Shown here in pieces: positions 19,871 through 29,125 of a stretch of DNA of 64,000 nucleotides. Source of the DNA: Paracoccaceae bacterium. Lineage in GTDB: Bacteria; Pseudomonadota; Alphaproteobacteria; Rhodobacterales; Rhodobacteraceae. The position numbers and the translations under genes were made by a program. Where the stretch lies: assembly GCA_019429405.1 (NCBI GenBank), contig JAHYIZ010000001.1, positions 44,035 through 108,034 on the forward strand, read 5' to 3'. Position 1 is the first letter of the stretch. Every line of letters starts with the position of its first letter. The notes under the pieces were generated by a model that ran no database searches, was not told the origin of the DNA, and saw only the letters and a list, made by a program, of their open reading frames with translations.

Positions 19871-20827
19871 TCAGCGCGCGGTCAGATCGGCCTGCCGCAC
19901 GATGCCTTCGGCCTGTTTGATCGAGGCGATATCGACCAACCGCCCCTTGTAGACGGTAGCACCCTCGCCGCGCGCCTTGGCGGCCTCCATCGCGGCCAGG
20001 ATTTCGCGGGCCTCGGCCACGGCGGCGGCGGAAGGGGTGAAGACTTCGTTGCAGAGCGCCACCTGCTTGGGGTGAATCGCCCATTTGCCAACCATGCCCA
20101 GCGTGGCCGACCGCCGCGCCTGCGCGCGAAAGCCCTCGTCATCGGAAAAATCGCCAAAAGGCCCGTCAACCGGCAGCACCCCGTGCGTGCGGCAGGCGGC
20201 GACGATGGCGGCCTGCGCCCAATGCCACGGGTCGGGCCAGAATTTCGCGCCCTCGCGCAGCATGTAATAGTTTTCCTGGGTGCCGCCGATGCCGGTGGTG
20301 GCCATGCCCATGCTCGCCGCGAAATCGGCGGCACCCAGGCTCATCGCCTGAAGCCGCGGGCTCGCGGCGGCTATTTCTTCGACATGGGCAATGCCCGCCG
20401 CCGATTCGATGATCACCTCAAGGCTGATCCGTTTTTTGCGGCCCTTGGCGGCCTCAATCGCGCTCACCAGCGCGTCAACCGCATAAACATCTGCCGCGCA
20501 GCCAACCTTGGGAATCATGATCTGGTCGATCCGCTCGCAGCCAAGTTCCAGCAGGTCGACCACATCGCGATACCAATACGGCGTATCAAGCCCGTTGATG
20601 CGCACCGAAAGATGCTTGGTGCCCCAGTTCACCTCATGGCTGGCCGCGATGATATTGGCGCGGGCGGTGGCTTTGTCGTCGGGCGCGACCGAATCTTCCA
20701 GATCAAGGTTGATCACATCCGCCGCGCTGGCTGCCATCTTCTCAAACAGCGCGGTGCGCGAACCGGGGCCGAAAAGTTGGCATCGGTTGGGGCGCTGCGG
20801 CGCGGGGGGCTGGATGCGGAAGCTCAT
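19871..20827 (-). CDS. mcl1: L-malyl-CoA/beta-methylmalyl-CoA lyase
   Basis: 318 aa, HpcH/CitE fold. MSFRIQP...NRCQLFGPGSR..FEKMAASAADVINLDLEDSVAPDDK closely matches my recollection of Rhodobacter Mcl1. Confidence 0.85.
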   Translation of the reverse strand: MSFRIQPPAPQRPNRCQLFGPGSRTALFEKMAASAADVINLDLEDSVAPDDKATARANIIAASHEVNWGTKHLSVRINGLDTPYWYRDVVDLLELGCERIDQIMIPKVGCAADVYAVDALVSAIEAAKGRKKRISLEVIIESAAGIAHVEEIAAASPRLQAMSLGAADFAASMGMATTGIGGTQENYYMLREGAKFWPDPWHWAQAAIVAACRTHGVLPVDGPFGDFSDDEGFRAQARRSATLGMVGKWAIHPKQVALCNEVFTPSAAAVAEAREILAAMEAAKARGEGATVYKGRLVDIASIKQAEGIVRQADLTAR

Positions 20828-20997
20828 CTGTGGCCTTTCGCAAGGAAGTTTCAACGCGGGTGCTGTGCGTGATAGATTATTGCGCACCCAGGCGCAAGGC
20901 GCTTTCGCAACTGCAGCGCCCGCATTCCGCGCTGCGGCGGGGCTTGACGCCGCGCCCGGCGCCGCGCCTGATGCGCCCGAACCAGATGGAAAAGCGC

Positions 20998-21963
20998 ATG
21001 CAGATTACCGTCAGACCCGAAAGTTTCCGCCTGCGCGAAGCCTTCACCATCTCGCGCGGAACCCGCACCGAGGCGCAGGTGCTGACCGTGCGCGCGACGG
21101 CGGGCGGCATCACCGGCTGGGGCGAATGTGTGCCCTATGCGCGTTATGGCGAAAGCCTTGCCAGCGTCACCGCGCAGATCGAGGGCCTGCCTGCGGGCAT
21201 TACCCGCGACGCCCTGCAAGGTGCCCTGCCCCCCGGCGCCGCCCGCAACGCCCTCGATTGCGCGCTGTGGGATTTGGCGGCGAAATCGGCCGGGGTGCGG
21301 GTCTGGCAACTGGCGGGCCTGCCCGCGCCGAAACCGCAGACCACCGCCTTTACCCTCTCGCTCGACACTCCCGAAAACATGCGGGCCGCGGCGGCGCGAA
21401 ACGCCGACCGGCCAATTCTGAAAATCAAGCTCGGCACGCCAGACGATATGGCGCGGCTTGAGGCGGTGCGGGCCGGGGCGCCGAACCCCACGATCATCGT
21501 CGATGCCAACGAAGGCTGGAGCGCCGAGGTCTATACCGATCTCGCGCCGCACCTGATCCGGCTCGGTGTGGCGATGGTGGAACAGCCGCTGCCCGCCGGG
21601 GCCGACGCCATGCTGGGCGAGATCGCGCGGCCCTTGCCGGTCTGCGCCGACGAAAGCTGCCATGACCGGAGCACCTTGGCGGCGCTGAAGGGCAAGTACG
21701 ACATGGTCAACATCAAGCTCGACAAGACCGGCGGGCTGACCGAGGCGCTGGCCTTGCGCGATGCGGCGCGGACGGCGGGATTTGGGGTTATGGTCGGCAG
21801 CATGGTCGGAACCAGCCTTGCCATGGCGCCCGCCGTGCTGGTGGCGCAGTGCGCGGCCTACACAGACCTTGACGGACCGCTTCTGTTGGCCGAAGACCGC
21901 GCCAACCCGCTGCACTACGAGGCGGGAATGGTTTACCCGCCCGAGGCGGAGCTATGGGGATGA
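20998..21963 (+). CDS. dipeptide epimerase (L-Ala-D/L-Glu epimerase type, enolase superfamily)
   Basis: Trimmed to MQITVRPE. Enolase-superfamily blocks are present: LKIKLG, VDANEGW, VEQPLP, CADES and NIKLDKTGG. Confidence 0.8.
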   Translation: MQITVRPESFRLREAFTISRGTRTEAQVLTVRATAGGITGWGECVPYARYGESLASVTAQIEGLPAGITRDALQGALPPGAARNALDCALWDLAAKSAGVRVWQLAGLPAPKPQTTAFTLSLDTPENMRAAAARNADRPILKIKLGTPDDMARLEAVRAGAPNPTIIVDANEGWSAEVYTDLAPHLIRLGVAMVEQPLPAGADAMLGEIARPLPVCADESCHDRSTLAALKGKYDMVNIKLDKTGGLTEALALRDAARTAGFGVMVGSMVGTSLAMAPAVLVAQCAAYTDLDGPLLLAEDRANPLHYEAGMVYPPEAELWG

Positions 21964-22832
21964 ATACGATGAGCAGAACCGTCTATGTCAACGGCGCCTA
22001 TGTGCCCGAAGAAGATGCCAAGATCTCGGTCTTTGACCGTGGGTTCCTGATGGCCGACGGGGTCTATGAGGTCACTTCGGTTCTGGGCGGCAAGCTGATC
22101 GACTTCGCCGGTCACGCCGCGCGGCTGAAACGCAGCCTGAGCGAGATGGAAATGACCGCGCCTGTCGATGATGCCGAATTGCTGGCGATTCACCGCGAAC
22201 TGCTGGCGCGCAATGGCATCAGCAATGGCATGGTCTACCTGCAAATCACCCGTGGAAACCCCGGCGACCGCGATTTTACCTGGCCTGACCCGGCCAAGGT
22301 GCCCGCAACGCTGGTGCTCTTCACTCAATCGAAACCGGGCATGGCCGACAGCGAGCAGGCGAAAACCGGAATCAAGGTGATCACGGTTGACGATATCCGC
22401 TGGGGCCGCCGCGACATCAAGACGGTGCAACTGCTCTACCCCTCGATGGGCAAAATGATGGCGAAAAAGGCCGGGGTCGATGACGCCTGGATGGTCGAGA
22501 ATGGGTTCGTGACCGAAGGCACCTCGAACAACGCCTATATCGTCGCCGGGGGCCAGATCATCACCCGCCAGTTAGGCAACGACATCTTGCACGGCATCAC
22601 CCGCGCGGCGGTGCTGCGCTTTGCCCGCGAAGCGCAGATGGAGGTGGTCGAGCGCCCCTTTACAGTGGATGAAGCGCGCACCGCCGACGAGGCGTTCATC
22701 ACCTCGGCCAGTGCCTTCGTGACGCCGGTAGTCGAGATCGACGGCAAGCAGATCGGCACCGGCAAACCCGGCCGCATCGCCACCCGCCTGCGCGAGATCT
22801 ACCTTGAGGAAAGCCGCAAGGCGGCGGTGTGA
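21960..22832 (+). CDS. D-amino-acid aminotransferase (PLP fold type IV)
   Basis: ATGA overlap with the epimerase stop. Contains VFDRGFLMADGVYEV and EGTSNNAYIV; about 290 aa. Confidence 0.8.
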   Translation: MNTMSRTVYVNGAYVPEEDAKISVFDRGFLMADGVYEVTSVLGGKLIDFAGHAARLKRSLSEMEMTAPVDDAELLAIHRELLARNGISNGMVYLQITRGNPGDRDFTWPDPAKVPATLVLFTQSKPGMADSEQAKTGIKVITVDDIRWGRRDIKTVQLLYPSMGKMMAKKAGVDDAWMVENGFVTEGTSNNAYIVAGGQIITRQLGNDILHGITRAAVLRFAREAQMEVVERPFTVDEARTADEAFITSASAFVTPVVEIDGKQIGTGKPGRIATRLREIYLEESRKAAV

Positions 22833-22891
22833 TGCGACCCAATCGATAGCCGGGCGGTATGCCGCCGCCCGGTAGCTGCTGGCACGGCCGG

Positions 22892-24517
22892 TCAGCCTGC
22901 GTGGAACACCGAGATCGCAGCCGGGTCAACCTGCGCGGGGGTAATGCCCGCAAGGATCAGCCGCGTAACACCATCAACCATGATTGCGGTGTCGCTGGCG
23001 CCCATTGCCTGCACCACGAACCCAGGCGTTACCTCCGCCGCGTCAATGAAGATCTCGATGCGATCTTCACCGGGGGTGAAATCAGTCACGGTGCTGACCG
23101 CAGTTTCGCCGGCGTCATAACCCGACCAGAACAGATCGGCGCCAGTGCCGCCGGTCATGGTGCTTCCGGCGTATGCAAACAGGCTGTCATCGCCCGCACC
23201 ACCATCGAGCGTGTCGGGGCTCCCGTCAGGCCAGGTCGCATAGAGGGCGTCGTTGCCGAAGCCACCGAACAGCGCATCAGCGCCGGTGCCCCCATCCAGG
23301 TAGTCGTCGCCATAGTCGCCAAAAATGGTGTCATTGTCAGCGTCCCCGACAAGGAAGTCGGCCCCCGCGCCGCCCCGGATCAGATCATTGCCGTTACCAC
23401 CCGAGGCATAATCCTTGCCCGGGCCTGCAAAAAGATGATCATCGCCAAAACTACCAATAAGGTCATCATCGCCATCACCCCCAAACAGGGTGTCATTTCC
23501 CGCGCGCCCGAGCAGCGCATCGTTGCTGTCGCCGGCAACGATCCTGTCATTGGCATCGCTGCCAAAATAGACGGGCTGCGAGGGGCCAATCCACTCGGTA
23601 TCCCCCGGACCTGCCAATTCCGGCGCGTAGCTTTCATGCCCCACACGGTCAACCAGTCTTATGTTCTCAACAACTTCGCCCTCGGCATGGAATTGCGAAG
23701 CCGTCACGCCCTGCAACACAGCCATCGTTTCGCCGTTCAGCGTAACCGCCATGCCGGCGTTATCCGCGAGGTCGACCAGTTGCAGCAGCGGGTCGTCAGG
23801 AAGGTCGGAGGTGTTGATTTCCAGATACTCGGCTACAGGGTCGAAATCGGTGATCGTCACCGGCGCGTCTCCCGGTTTCCAGACAGTAAAGAAGTAATCC
23901 ACCCCCTCTCCGCCTTCCATCGTGTCGCCGTCATCGCCCAGCAGGTCGTCATCCCCGTTCCAACCTTGCAGAAGGTCGGGTGCATCTGTGCCGTCGCGGT
24001 CGAACGCCCAAAGATCGTCGTCGCCAAAGCCGCCGTTCAGCGTGTTGGCGCCTTCGAGGTCAATGATGAGGTCGTGCCCGGAACTGCCCCGCACCACATC
24101 ATTACCCGCGCCGCCGGTCAAAACATCATCGCCCGGACCGCCGTTGACGTAATCGTTGCCCGCGCCACCATCTGCGCCAAAGCTGGTGTGGCCGGAAACG
24201 AACGCCTGCAAGGCCGGGATGTCACCGCCGAAGATCAGTTCGCCGAGTTCCGCGCTGGTCATCTCGGTGGCCTCTTGCCACGAGCCATCGTCGCCCGCGC
24301 CCGCCCAGAGCGTGTCATTGCCGCCCGCACCGGTGAGCGTGTCCTGCCCGTCAAAGCCGTTCAAAATGTCATTGCCCGCGCCGCCTGCCAGCAGGTCGTC
24401 GCCCTCGGTGCCGTCAAGCACTTCGCCCTCGGGCGCATCGTCGTTATCGCCGAAAGTGGGAAGGATCAGCCCCAGAAACAAAAGCGGGATAATGATCATC
24501 AAAGCAATAGCACCCAT
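22892..24517 (-). CDS. calcium-binding RTX-repeat protein with N-terminal TM segment
   Basis: Trimmed to MGAIALMIIIPLLFLGLILP. It carries many GGxGxDxL nonapeptides (GGAGNDILNG, GGAGNDVVRG, GGDGDDDLIG...). Confidence 0.85.
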   Translation of the reverse strand: MGAIALMIIIPLLFLGLILPTFGDNDDAPEGEVLDGTEGDDLLAGGAGNDILNGFDGQDTLTGAGGNDTLWAGAGDDGSWQEATEMTSAELGELIFGGDIPALQAFVSGHTSFGADGGAGNDYVNGGPGDDVLTGGAGNDVVRGSSGHDLIIDLEGANTLNGGFGDDDLWAFDRDGTDAPDLLQGWNGDDDLLGDDGDTMEGGEGVDYFFTVWKPGDAPVTITDFDPVAEYLEINTSDLPDDPLLQLVDLADNAGMAVTLNGETMAVLQGVTASQFHAEGEVVENIRLVDRVGHESYAPELAGPGDTEWIGPSQPVYFGSDANDRIVAGDSNDALLGRAGNDTLFGGDGDDDLIGSFGDDHLFAGPGKDYASGGNGNDLIRGGAGADFLVGDADNDTIFGDYGDDYLDGGTGADALFGGFGNDALYATWPDGSPDTLDGGAGDDSLFAYAGSTMTGGTGADLFWSGYDAGETAVSTVTDFTPGEDRIEIFIDAAEVTPGFVVQAMGASDTAIMVDGVTRLILAGITPAQVDPAAISVFHAG

Positions 24518-24643
24518 GCGACTCACCTCTGAAAATGATGGCCGGAATAGGGCATGCGCTTGATGAGAGGTCAACTTGCGGCGCTGATTACTGAGGTCTG
24601 CAGAAACAGTAGTTGCGAAACCGGGTGATTGTTTCGTTCGCCG

Positions 24644-25384
24644 CTAAAGCCCGCTTTCGGCCAACACGCTTTGCAGCACCGGGGCGAGGCGGTCGGCCCA
24701 AGCGATCTGGCCGTCTTCATGGGCGATCAGGTCGTTGCGCAGCTCGATCAGCACGTTGGGGCGACCCGGCGCCAGCGCGTGGCGGTCAATCGCGTCACCG
24801 TCGAGGTGGCCGCTGTAGGGTTCGTTGTCGCCCACGTTCAGCCCCTCGGCAGCGAGTGCCGCAATCAGCGGCAGCGCCAGCCGCGTGTCGCGGTGCGAAT
24901 AAAGAATGCCCACCGGCCAGGGCCGGGGCGCGCGGCCGCGCAGGCAGGTGGTAAAGCTGTGCACGGCGCAGATGACCGTATCGGGCCGCCGCGCCGCCAG
25001 CCGGGCATAGGCCGCATGATAGGGCCGATAAAGCGCCGCCATGCGCCGTTCCTGTTCGGCGGCGTCGGCGTGGCGGTTGGCCGGGATGATCGTGCCATCA
25101 TAAAGCCGCATCAAAAGCGTGGGGTCATCTTCGCCCCGGTTCGGGTCGATCACGAGGCGCGAGAAATCGGTGAGGATCGCGGGCGCATCCAGCCGTTCGG
25201 CAAGATGCCGCGTTACCCCCGCCGCGCCCACGTCATAGGCGATGTGGCGGGCCATATCTTCGGGCGCGATGCCAAGGCTGCCTCCGCCTACCCATGCGGG
25301 CACCCGGTTGCTGGCATGGTCGCAGGTTACCAGCCAGCGCCCCGGACGATCGGCACCCAGAATGTGAAACGCCGCGTCCGTCAT
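24644..25384 (-). CDS. N-formylglutamate amidohydrolase family protein
   Basis: 246 aa. The segment CDHASNRVP...VIDPNR is typical of the FGase family. Confidence 0.75.
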   Translation of the reverse strand: MTDAAFHILGADRPGRWLVTCDHASNRVPAWVGGGSLGIAPEDMARHIAYDVGAAGVTRHLAERLDAPAILTDFSRLVIDPNRGEDDPTLLMRLYDGTIIPANRHADAAEQERRMAALYRPYHAAYARLAARRPDTVICAVHSFTTCLRGRAPRPWPVGILYSHRDTRLALPLIAALAAEGLNVGDNEPYSGHLDGDAIDRHALAPGRPNVLIELRNDLIAHEDGQIAWADRLAPVLQSVLAESGL

Positions 25385-25517
25385 CCGCCGTTTGCCTTTC
25401 TGCGATAGACAGCATTATGATAGCGCAAACAGAAGCGCCCGTTGCCCTGCCGCGCGATTTGCGCCATTACCACCGCAAACCCCCAAAGTGAACCCCATAG
25501 CCCAAGGACAGAGGCCC

Positions 25518-26963
25518 ATGAGACGCCTTCGCAATGTGAAAATCGTGGCCACCCTCGGCCCGGCCTCGTCAGATTACACGACTATCCGCGCGCTGTTTGA
25601 GGCGGGCGCCGATGTGTTCCGCCTCAACATGAGCCACGGCACGCAGGCCGACCAGCGCGCCCGGTATGACATCATCCGCCAAGTGGAGGCCGATACCGGC
25701 CGCCCGATCGCCATTCTGGCCGACCTTCAGGGGCCGAAACTGCGCGTCGGCGTATTCGCCAACGGCGCCGCTGATCTGGAAGAGGGCGATACGTTCCGTT
25801 TTGATCTCGACCCCACCGAGGGCGACGGCCACCGCGTGAACCTGCCCCACCCCGAGATTTTCGCCGCCCTGACCCCCGGCGCGCGGCTGCTGGTGAATGA
25901 TGGCAAGATCCGGCTGGTGGTTGATGACTGCGGACCCGATTTTGCGAAATGCACGGTGACCATCGGCGGCACGATTTCCAACCGCAAGGGCGTGAACGTG
26001 CCAGACGTCTTGCTGCCGTTGGCGGCACTTTCTGAAAAAGACCGGTCCGATCTGGAATTCGCCTGCGAGATGGGGGTGGATTGGCTGGCATTGTCATTCG
26101 TGCAGCGCGCGCAAGACGTGACCGAGGCGCGCGGGTTGGCGCGTGGCCGTGCCGCGATCCTTTCCAAGATCGAAAAGCCCGCCGCTGTGGAAGCCTTTGC
26201 CGAGATTCTCGCCGTATCAGATGGCATCATGGTGGCACGCGGTGACCTGGGGGTGGAATGCCCGGTGCATTCGGTGCCGCCGATCCAGAAGCGGCTGGTG
26301 CGCGCCGCCCGCGCCGCCGCAAAGCCGGTGATCGTGGCCACCCAGATGCTCGAATCGATGATCGAAAGCCCGATGCCCACCCGCGCCGAGGTCTCTGACG
26401 TTGCAACCGCGATTTATGAGGGCGCCGACGCGGTGATGCTTTCGGCTGAAAGCGCTGCCGGGCGCTACCCGGTCGAGGCCGTTGCCACGATGGATGCCGT
26501 TGCCATGTCGGTGGAAAGTGACCCCACCTATCGCGAGGTGATCGAGGCAAGCCGCAAGGCCAAGCGCACCAGCGTGGCCGACGCCATTGTTGCCGCCGCC
26601 CGCGAGATTGCCGAAACCACCGATATCAAGGCGATCTGCTGCTACACGCAAACTGGCGGCACCGTCAGCCTGGTGGCGCGCGAACGTCCGCGCGTGCCGA
26701 TCATCGCGCTTTCGCCGGTTTCGCTGACACTGCACAAACTGTGCCTGACCTGGGGCGTGCATACCGTGCGCTGCGAAGAGGTAGAGCGTTTCAAGATGGC
26801 GGTGGTCAATGCCGCGCGCGCAGCGCGCGAATTCGGCTTTGCCGACGAAGACGGCAAGATCGTGGTCACGGCTGGCGTGCCGTTCAACGTGCAGGGAACG
26901 ACCAACATTCTGCGGGTGGCGCCCTGTGACGAGCGATTGATTCTTAGCACCGATCCGGAGTAG
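25518..26963 (+). CDS. pyk: pyruvate kinase
   Basis: Trimmed to MRRLRNVKIVATLGPAS. Contains FRLNMSHG, MVARGDLGVE and ATQMLESM. Confidence 0.93.
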   Translation: MRRLRNVKIVATLGPASSDYTTIRALFEAGADVFRLNMSHGTQADQRARYDIIRQVEADTGRPIAILADLQGPKLRVGVFANGAADLEEGDTFRFDLDPTEGDGHRVNLPHPEIFAALTPGARLLVNDGKIRLVVDDCGPDFAKCTVTIGGTISNRKGVNVPDVLLPLAALSEKDRSDLEFACEMGVDWLALSFVQRAQDVTEARGLARGRAAILSKIEKPAAVEAFAEILAVSDGIMVARGDLGVECPVHSVPPIQKRLVRAARAAAKPVIVATQMLESMIESPMPTRAEVSDVATAIYEGADAVMLSAESAAGRYPVEAVATMDAVAMSVESDPTYREVIEASRKAKRTSVADAIVAAAREIAETTDIKAICCYTQTGGTVSLVARERPRVPIIALSPVSLTLHKLCLTWGVHTVRCEEVERFKMAVVNAARAAREFGFADEDGKIVVTAGVPFNVQGTTNILRVAPCDERLILSTDPE

Positions 26964-26994
26964 ACAGGAGGCACTGGGTGCAAGGGTGTCCCGC

Positions 26995-27219
26995 ATGGAT
27001 AGCGATCTCTTTCTGGTGATCGGCTTGCTAATCGGTGCCTTTTCGATCCCGTCGATCATATCGGCGTTTTCCGACAGCCGGGCGCCACGCGCCGCCGCCG
27101 CGGGGCTGGTGCTGGCCGGGGTTCTGGTGCTGGTGGCATTCATGACCAAGCCGGGCGGCTATGCTCCTTCGCAAATTCCCAACGTGTTTGCGCAGGTTTT
27201 CGCGCGGGCTCTTAACTAG
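26995..27219 (+). CDS. small two-TM membrane protein (unknown)
   Basis: About 74 aa with two hydrophobic helices. The start is uncertain (GTG 26986 or ATG 26995). Confidence 0.4.
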   Translation: MDSDLFLVIGLLIGAFSIPSIISAFSDSRAPRAAAAGLVLAGVLVLVAFMTKPGGYAPSQIPNVFAQVFARALN

Positions 27220-27330
27220 CCCCCCTTGCCAAGCCCGCGGCGCCCGCATATAGGCACCTCTCCAAATCCGCGCGTCCGGCCAAGTGGCATGCCGAGTCGC
27301 GCGTTCACACACTCGCAAGAGGAGATGAAA

Positions 27331-27531
27331 ATGCCCAAGATGAAGACCAAGTCTGCGGCCAAGAAGCGGTTTACCTTTACCGCATCGGGGCGCGCAAAAT
27401 CGGGTGTCGCCGGCAAGCGTCACGGCATGATCAAACGCTCGACAGACTTCATCCGCAATGCCACCGGCACCATGCTGCTGTCGGCTGCGGATACGAAGAT
27501 CGTCAAGAAATACATGCCCTACGACCGCTGA
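27331..27531 (+). CDS. rpmI: 50S ribosomal protein L35
   Basis: [14 protein letters not shown]..., 66 aa. GAGGAG lies upstream of the ATG. Confidence 0.95.
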   Translation: MPKMKTKSAAKKRFTFTASGRAKSGVAGKRHGMIKRSTDFIRNATGTMLLSAADTKIVKKYMPYDR

Positions 27532-27543
27532 GGAGAAACACCC

Positions 27544-27909
27544 ATGTCTCGCGTCAAATCCGGCGTCGTAACGCACGCCCGTCACAAGAAGATCATCAAG
27601 GCCGCTGCGGGCTACTATTCCGCCCGTTCACGCAATTTCAAAACCGCTACGCAGGCGGTTGACAAGGCCAACCAATACGCCACCCGCGACCGCAAGGCCC
27701 GTAAGCGCAACTTCCGCGCGCTGTGGATTCAGCGGATCAACGCAGGGGTGCGCGCGTTCGACGCTGAAATGACCTACTCGCGCTTCATCAACGCGCTGGA
27801 ACTGGCGGGCATCGCGGTTGACCGCAAGGTGCTGGCCGATCTGGCCGTGCACGAACCCGAAGCGTTTGGCGCCATCGTCACCAAGGCGAAGGCAGCGCTG
27901 GCCGCGTAA
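27544..27909 (+). CDS. rplT: 50S ribosomal protein L20
   Basis: [17 protein letters not shown]..., 121 aa. Confidence 0.95.
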   Translation: MSRVKSGVVTHARHKKIIKAAAGYYSARSRNFKTATQAVDKANQYATRDRKARKRNFRALWIQRINAGVRAFDAEMTYSRFINALELAGIAVDRKVLADLAVHEPEAFGAIVTKAKAALAA

Positions 27910-27932
27910 TTCCCCCCAACGGGGCGAAACCG

Positions 27933-27975
27933 AAACCCCGCGCTGGCCTTTGGGCCATGCGCGGGGTTTTCTTTT
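27933..27975 (+). terminator. rho-independent terminator after rplT
   Basis: AAACCCCGCGC (27933-27943) pairs with GCGCGGGGTTT (27959-27969). There is an inner TGGCC/GGCCA stem and a trailing TTTTCTTTT run. Confidence 0.75.
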
Positions 27976-28041
27976 GGGGCGGGCGGCTTGCAATCGGGGC
28001 AGGGTCTGGCTAGCACGAAGGCAAGAAAACTGGGGGTAGTG

Positions 28042-29124
28042 ATGGCGGGTCTTGAAGCGCTCAAGGGCAAGTATCTGGCGGGCATCGCGGCAGCAGCCGA
28101 TGAGGCCGCGCTGGAAGAGATCAGGCTGGCTGCCCTTGGCAAGAAGGGCGAGATCAGCCTGATGATGCGCGAGCTTGGCGGCATGGCGCCCGAGGCGCGG
28201 CAGGCGGCGGGGGCGCGGCTCAATGCCCTGAAGGATGAGATCGACGCGGCACTGCGCGCGCGCAAGGCGGGGCTGGCCGATGCGGCGCTTGATGCGCGGC
28301 TGGCGGCGGAATGGCTCGATGTGACCTTGCCGGGGCGGCCGCGCCGCGTTGGCACCATCCACCCGGTCAGCCAAGTGATGGACGAGGTCACCGCGATTTT
28401 CGCCGACATGGGCTTTGCCGTGGCCGAGGGGCCGCAGGTGGAAAGCGACTTCTTCAACTTCGACGCGCTGAACATCGCCCCCGAGCACCCGGCGCGGCAG
28501 GAACACGACACCTTTTTCATGGCCCGGGCCGAGGGCGACACCCGCCCGCCGCATGTGCTGCGCACCCACACCAGCCCCGTGCAGATCAGGGCGATGCAGG
28601 CCCAAGGCGCGCCGATCCGCGTGATCGCGCCGGGGCGGGTGTACCGGATGGACATGGACCAGACCCACGCGCCGATGTTCCATCAGGTCGAGGGCCTCGC
28701 CATTGGCCGCGACATTTCGATGGCCAACCTCAAATGGACGCTGGAAGAATTCTGCCGGGCGTTCTTCGAGGTGGACAACGTCGAACTGCGCTTTCGCGCC
28801 AGCCACTTTCCCTTCACCGAGCCTTCGGCCGAGGTCGATATCCGCTGTTCATGGGCGGGCGGGCAGTTGAAGATTGGCGAGGGCGAAAGCTGGCTGGAAA
28901 TTCTCGGTTCCGGCATGGTGCACCCCAAGGTGCTGGCGGCGGCGGGGGTGGACCCGACCCAGTGGCAGGGCTTTGCCTTTGGCATGGGCATCGACCGGCT
29001 GGCGATGCTGAAATACGGCATCCCCGACCTGCGCGCCTTCTTCGAAAGCGACCTGCGGTGGCTGAGGCATTACGGCTTTGCGCCGGGTGATGTGCCGACG
29101 GTGCATGGGGGGTTGAGCAGGTGA
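28042..29124 (+). CDS. pheS: phenylalanine--tRNA ligase alpha subunit
   Basis: 360 aa. Contains [22 protein letters not shown] and FHQVEGL. Confidence 0.95.
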   Translation: MAGLEALKGKYLAGIAAAADEAALEEIRLAALGKKGEISLMMRELGGMAPEARQAAGARLNALKDEIDAALRARKAGLADAALDARLAAEWLDVTLPGRPRRVGTIHPVSQVMDEVTAIFADMGFAVAEGPQVESDFFNFDALNIAPEHPARQEHDTFFMARAEGDTRPPHVLRTHTSPVQIRAMQAQGAPIRVIAPGRVYRMDMDQTHAPMFHQVEGLAIGRDISMANLKWTLEEFCRAFFEVDNVELRFRASHFPFTEPSAEVDIRCSWAGGQLKIGEGESWLEILGSGMVHPKVLAAAGVDPTQWQGFAFGMGIDRLAMLKYGIPDLRAFFESDLRWLRHYGFAPGDVPTVHGGLSR

Positions 29125-29125
29125 A

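Noticed and set aside
22859-24532. 557-aa plus-strand ORF opposite the RTX gene
   Set aside because: It has no recognisable motifs and a repetitive Ile/Val/Ala/Arg composition mirroring the antisense of the GGxGxD repeats. The minus-strand frame carries canonical RTX nonapeptides.
27216-27330. Possible degenerate copy of the dispersed repeat, or an r-protein leader structure, upstream of rpmI
   Set aside because: There is only a loose match on the reverse complement (GGCCGGACGCGCGGATTTGGAGAGG), and I could not define a clear stem-loop. That is not enough evidence for either call.
27957-28013. Mini-[21 protein letters not shown] with two consecutive Phe codons upstream of pheS, considered as a pheM-like attenuation leader
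   Set aside because: Its ATG lies inside the 3' arm of the terminator hairpin, so the terminator precedes the peptide rather than following it. It has only two Phe codons, and I could find no alternative antiterminator pairing. The hairpin is better explained as the rplT terminator.
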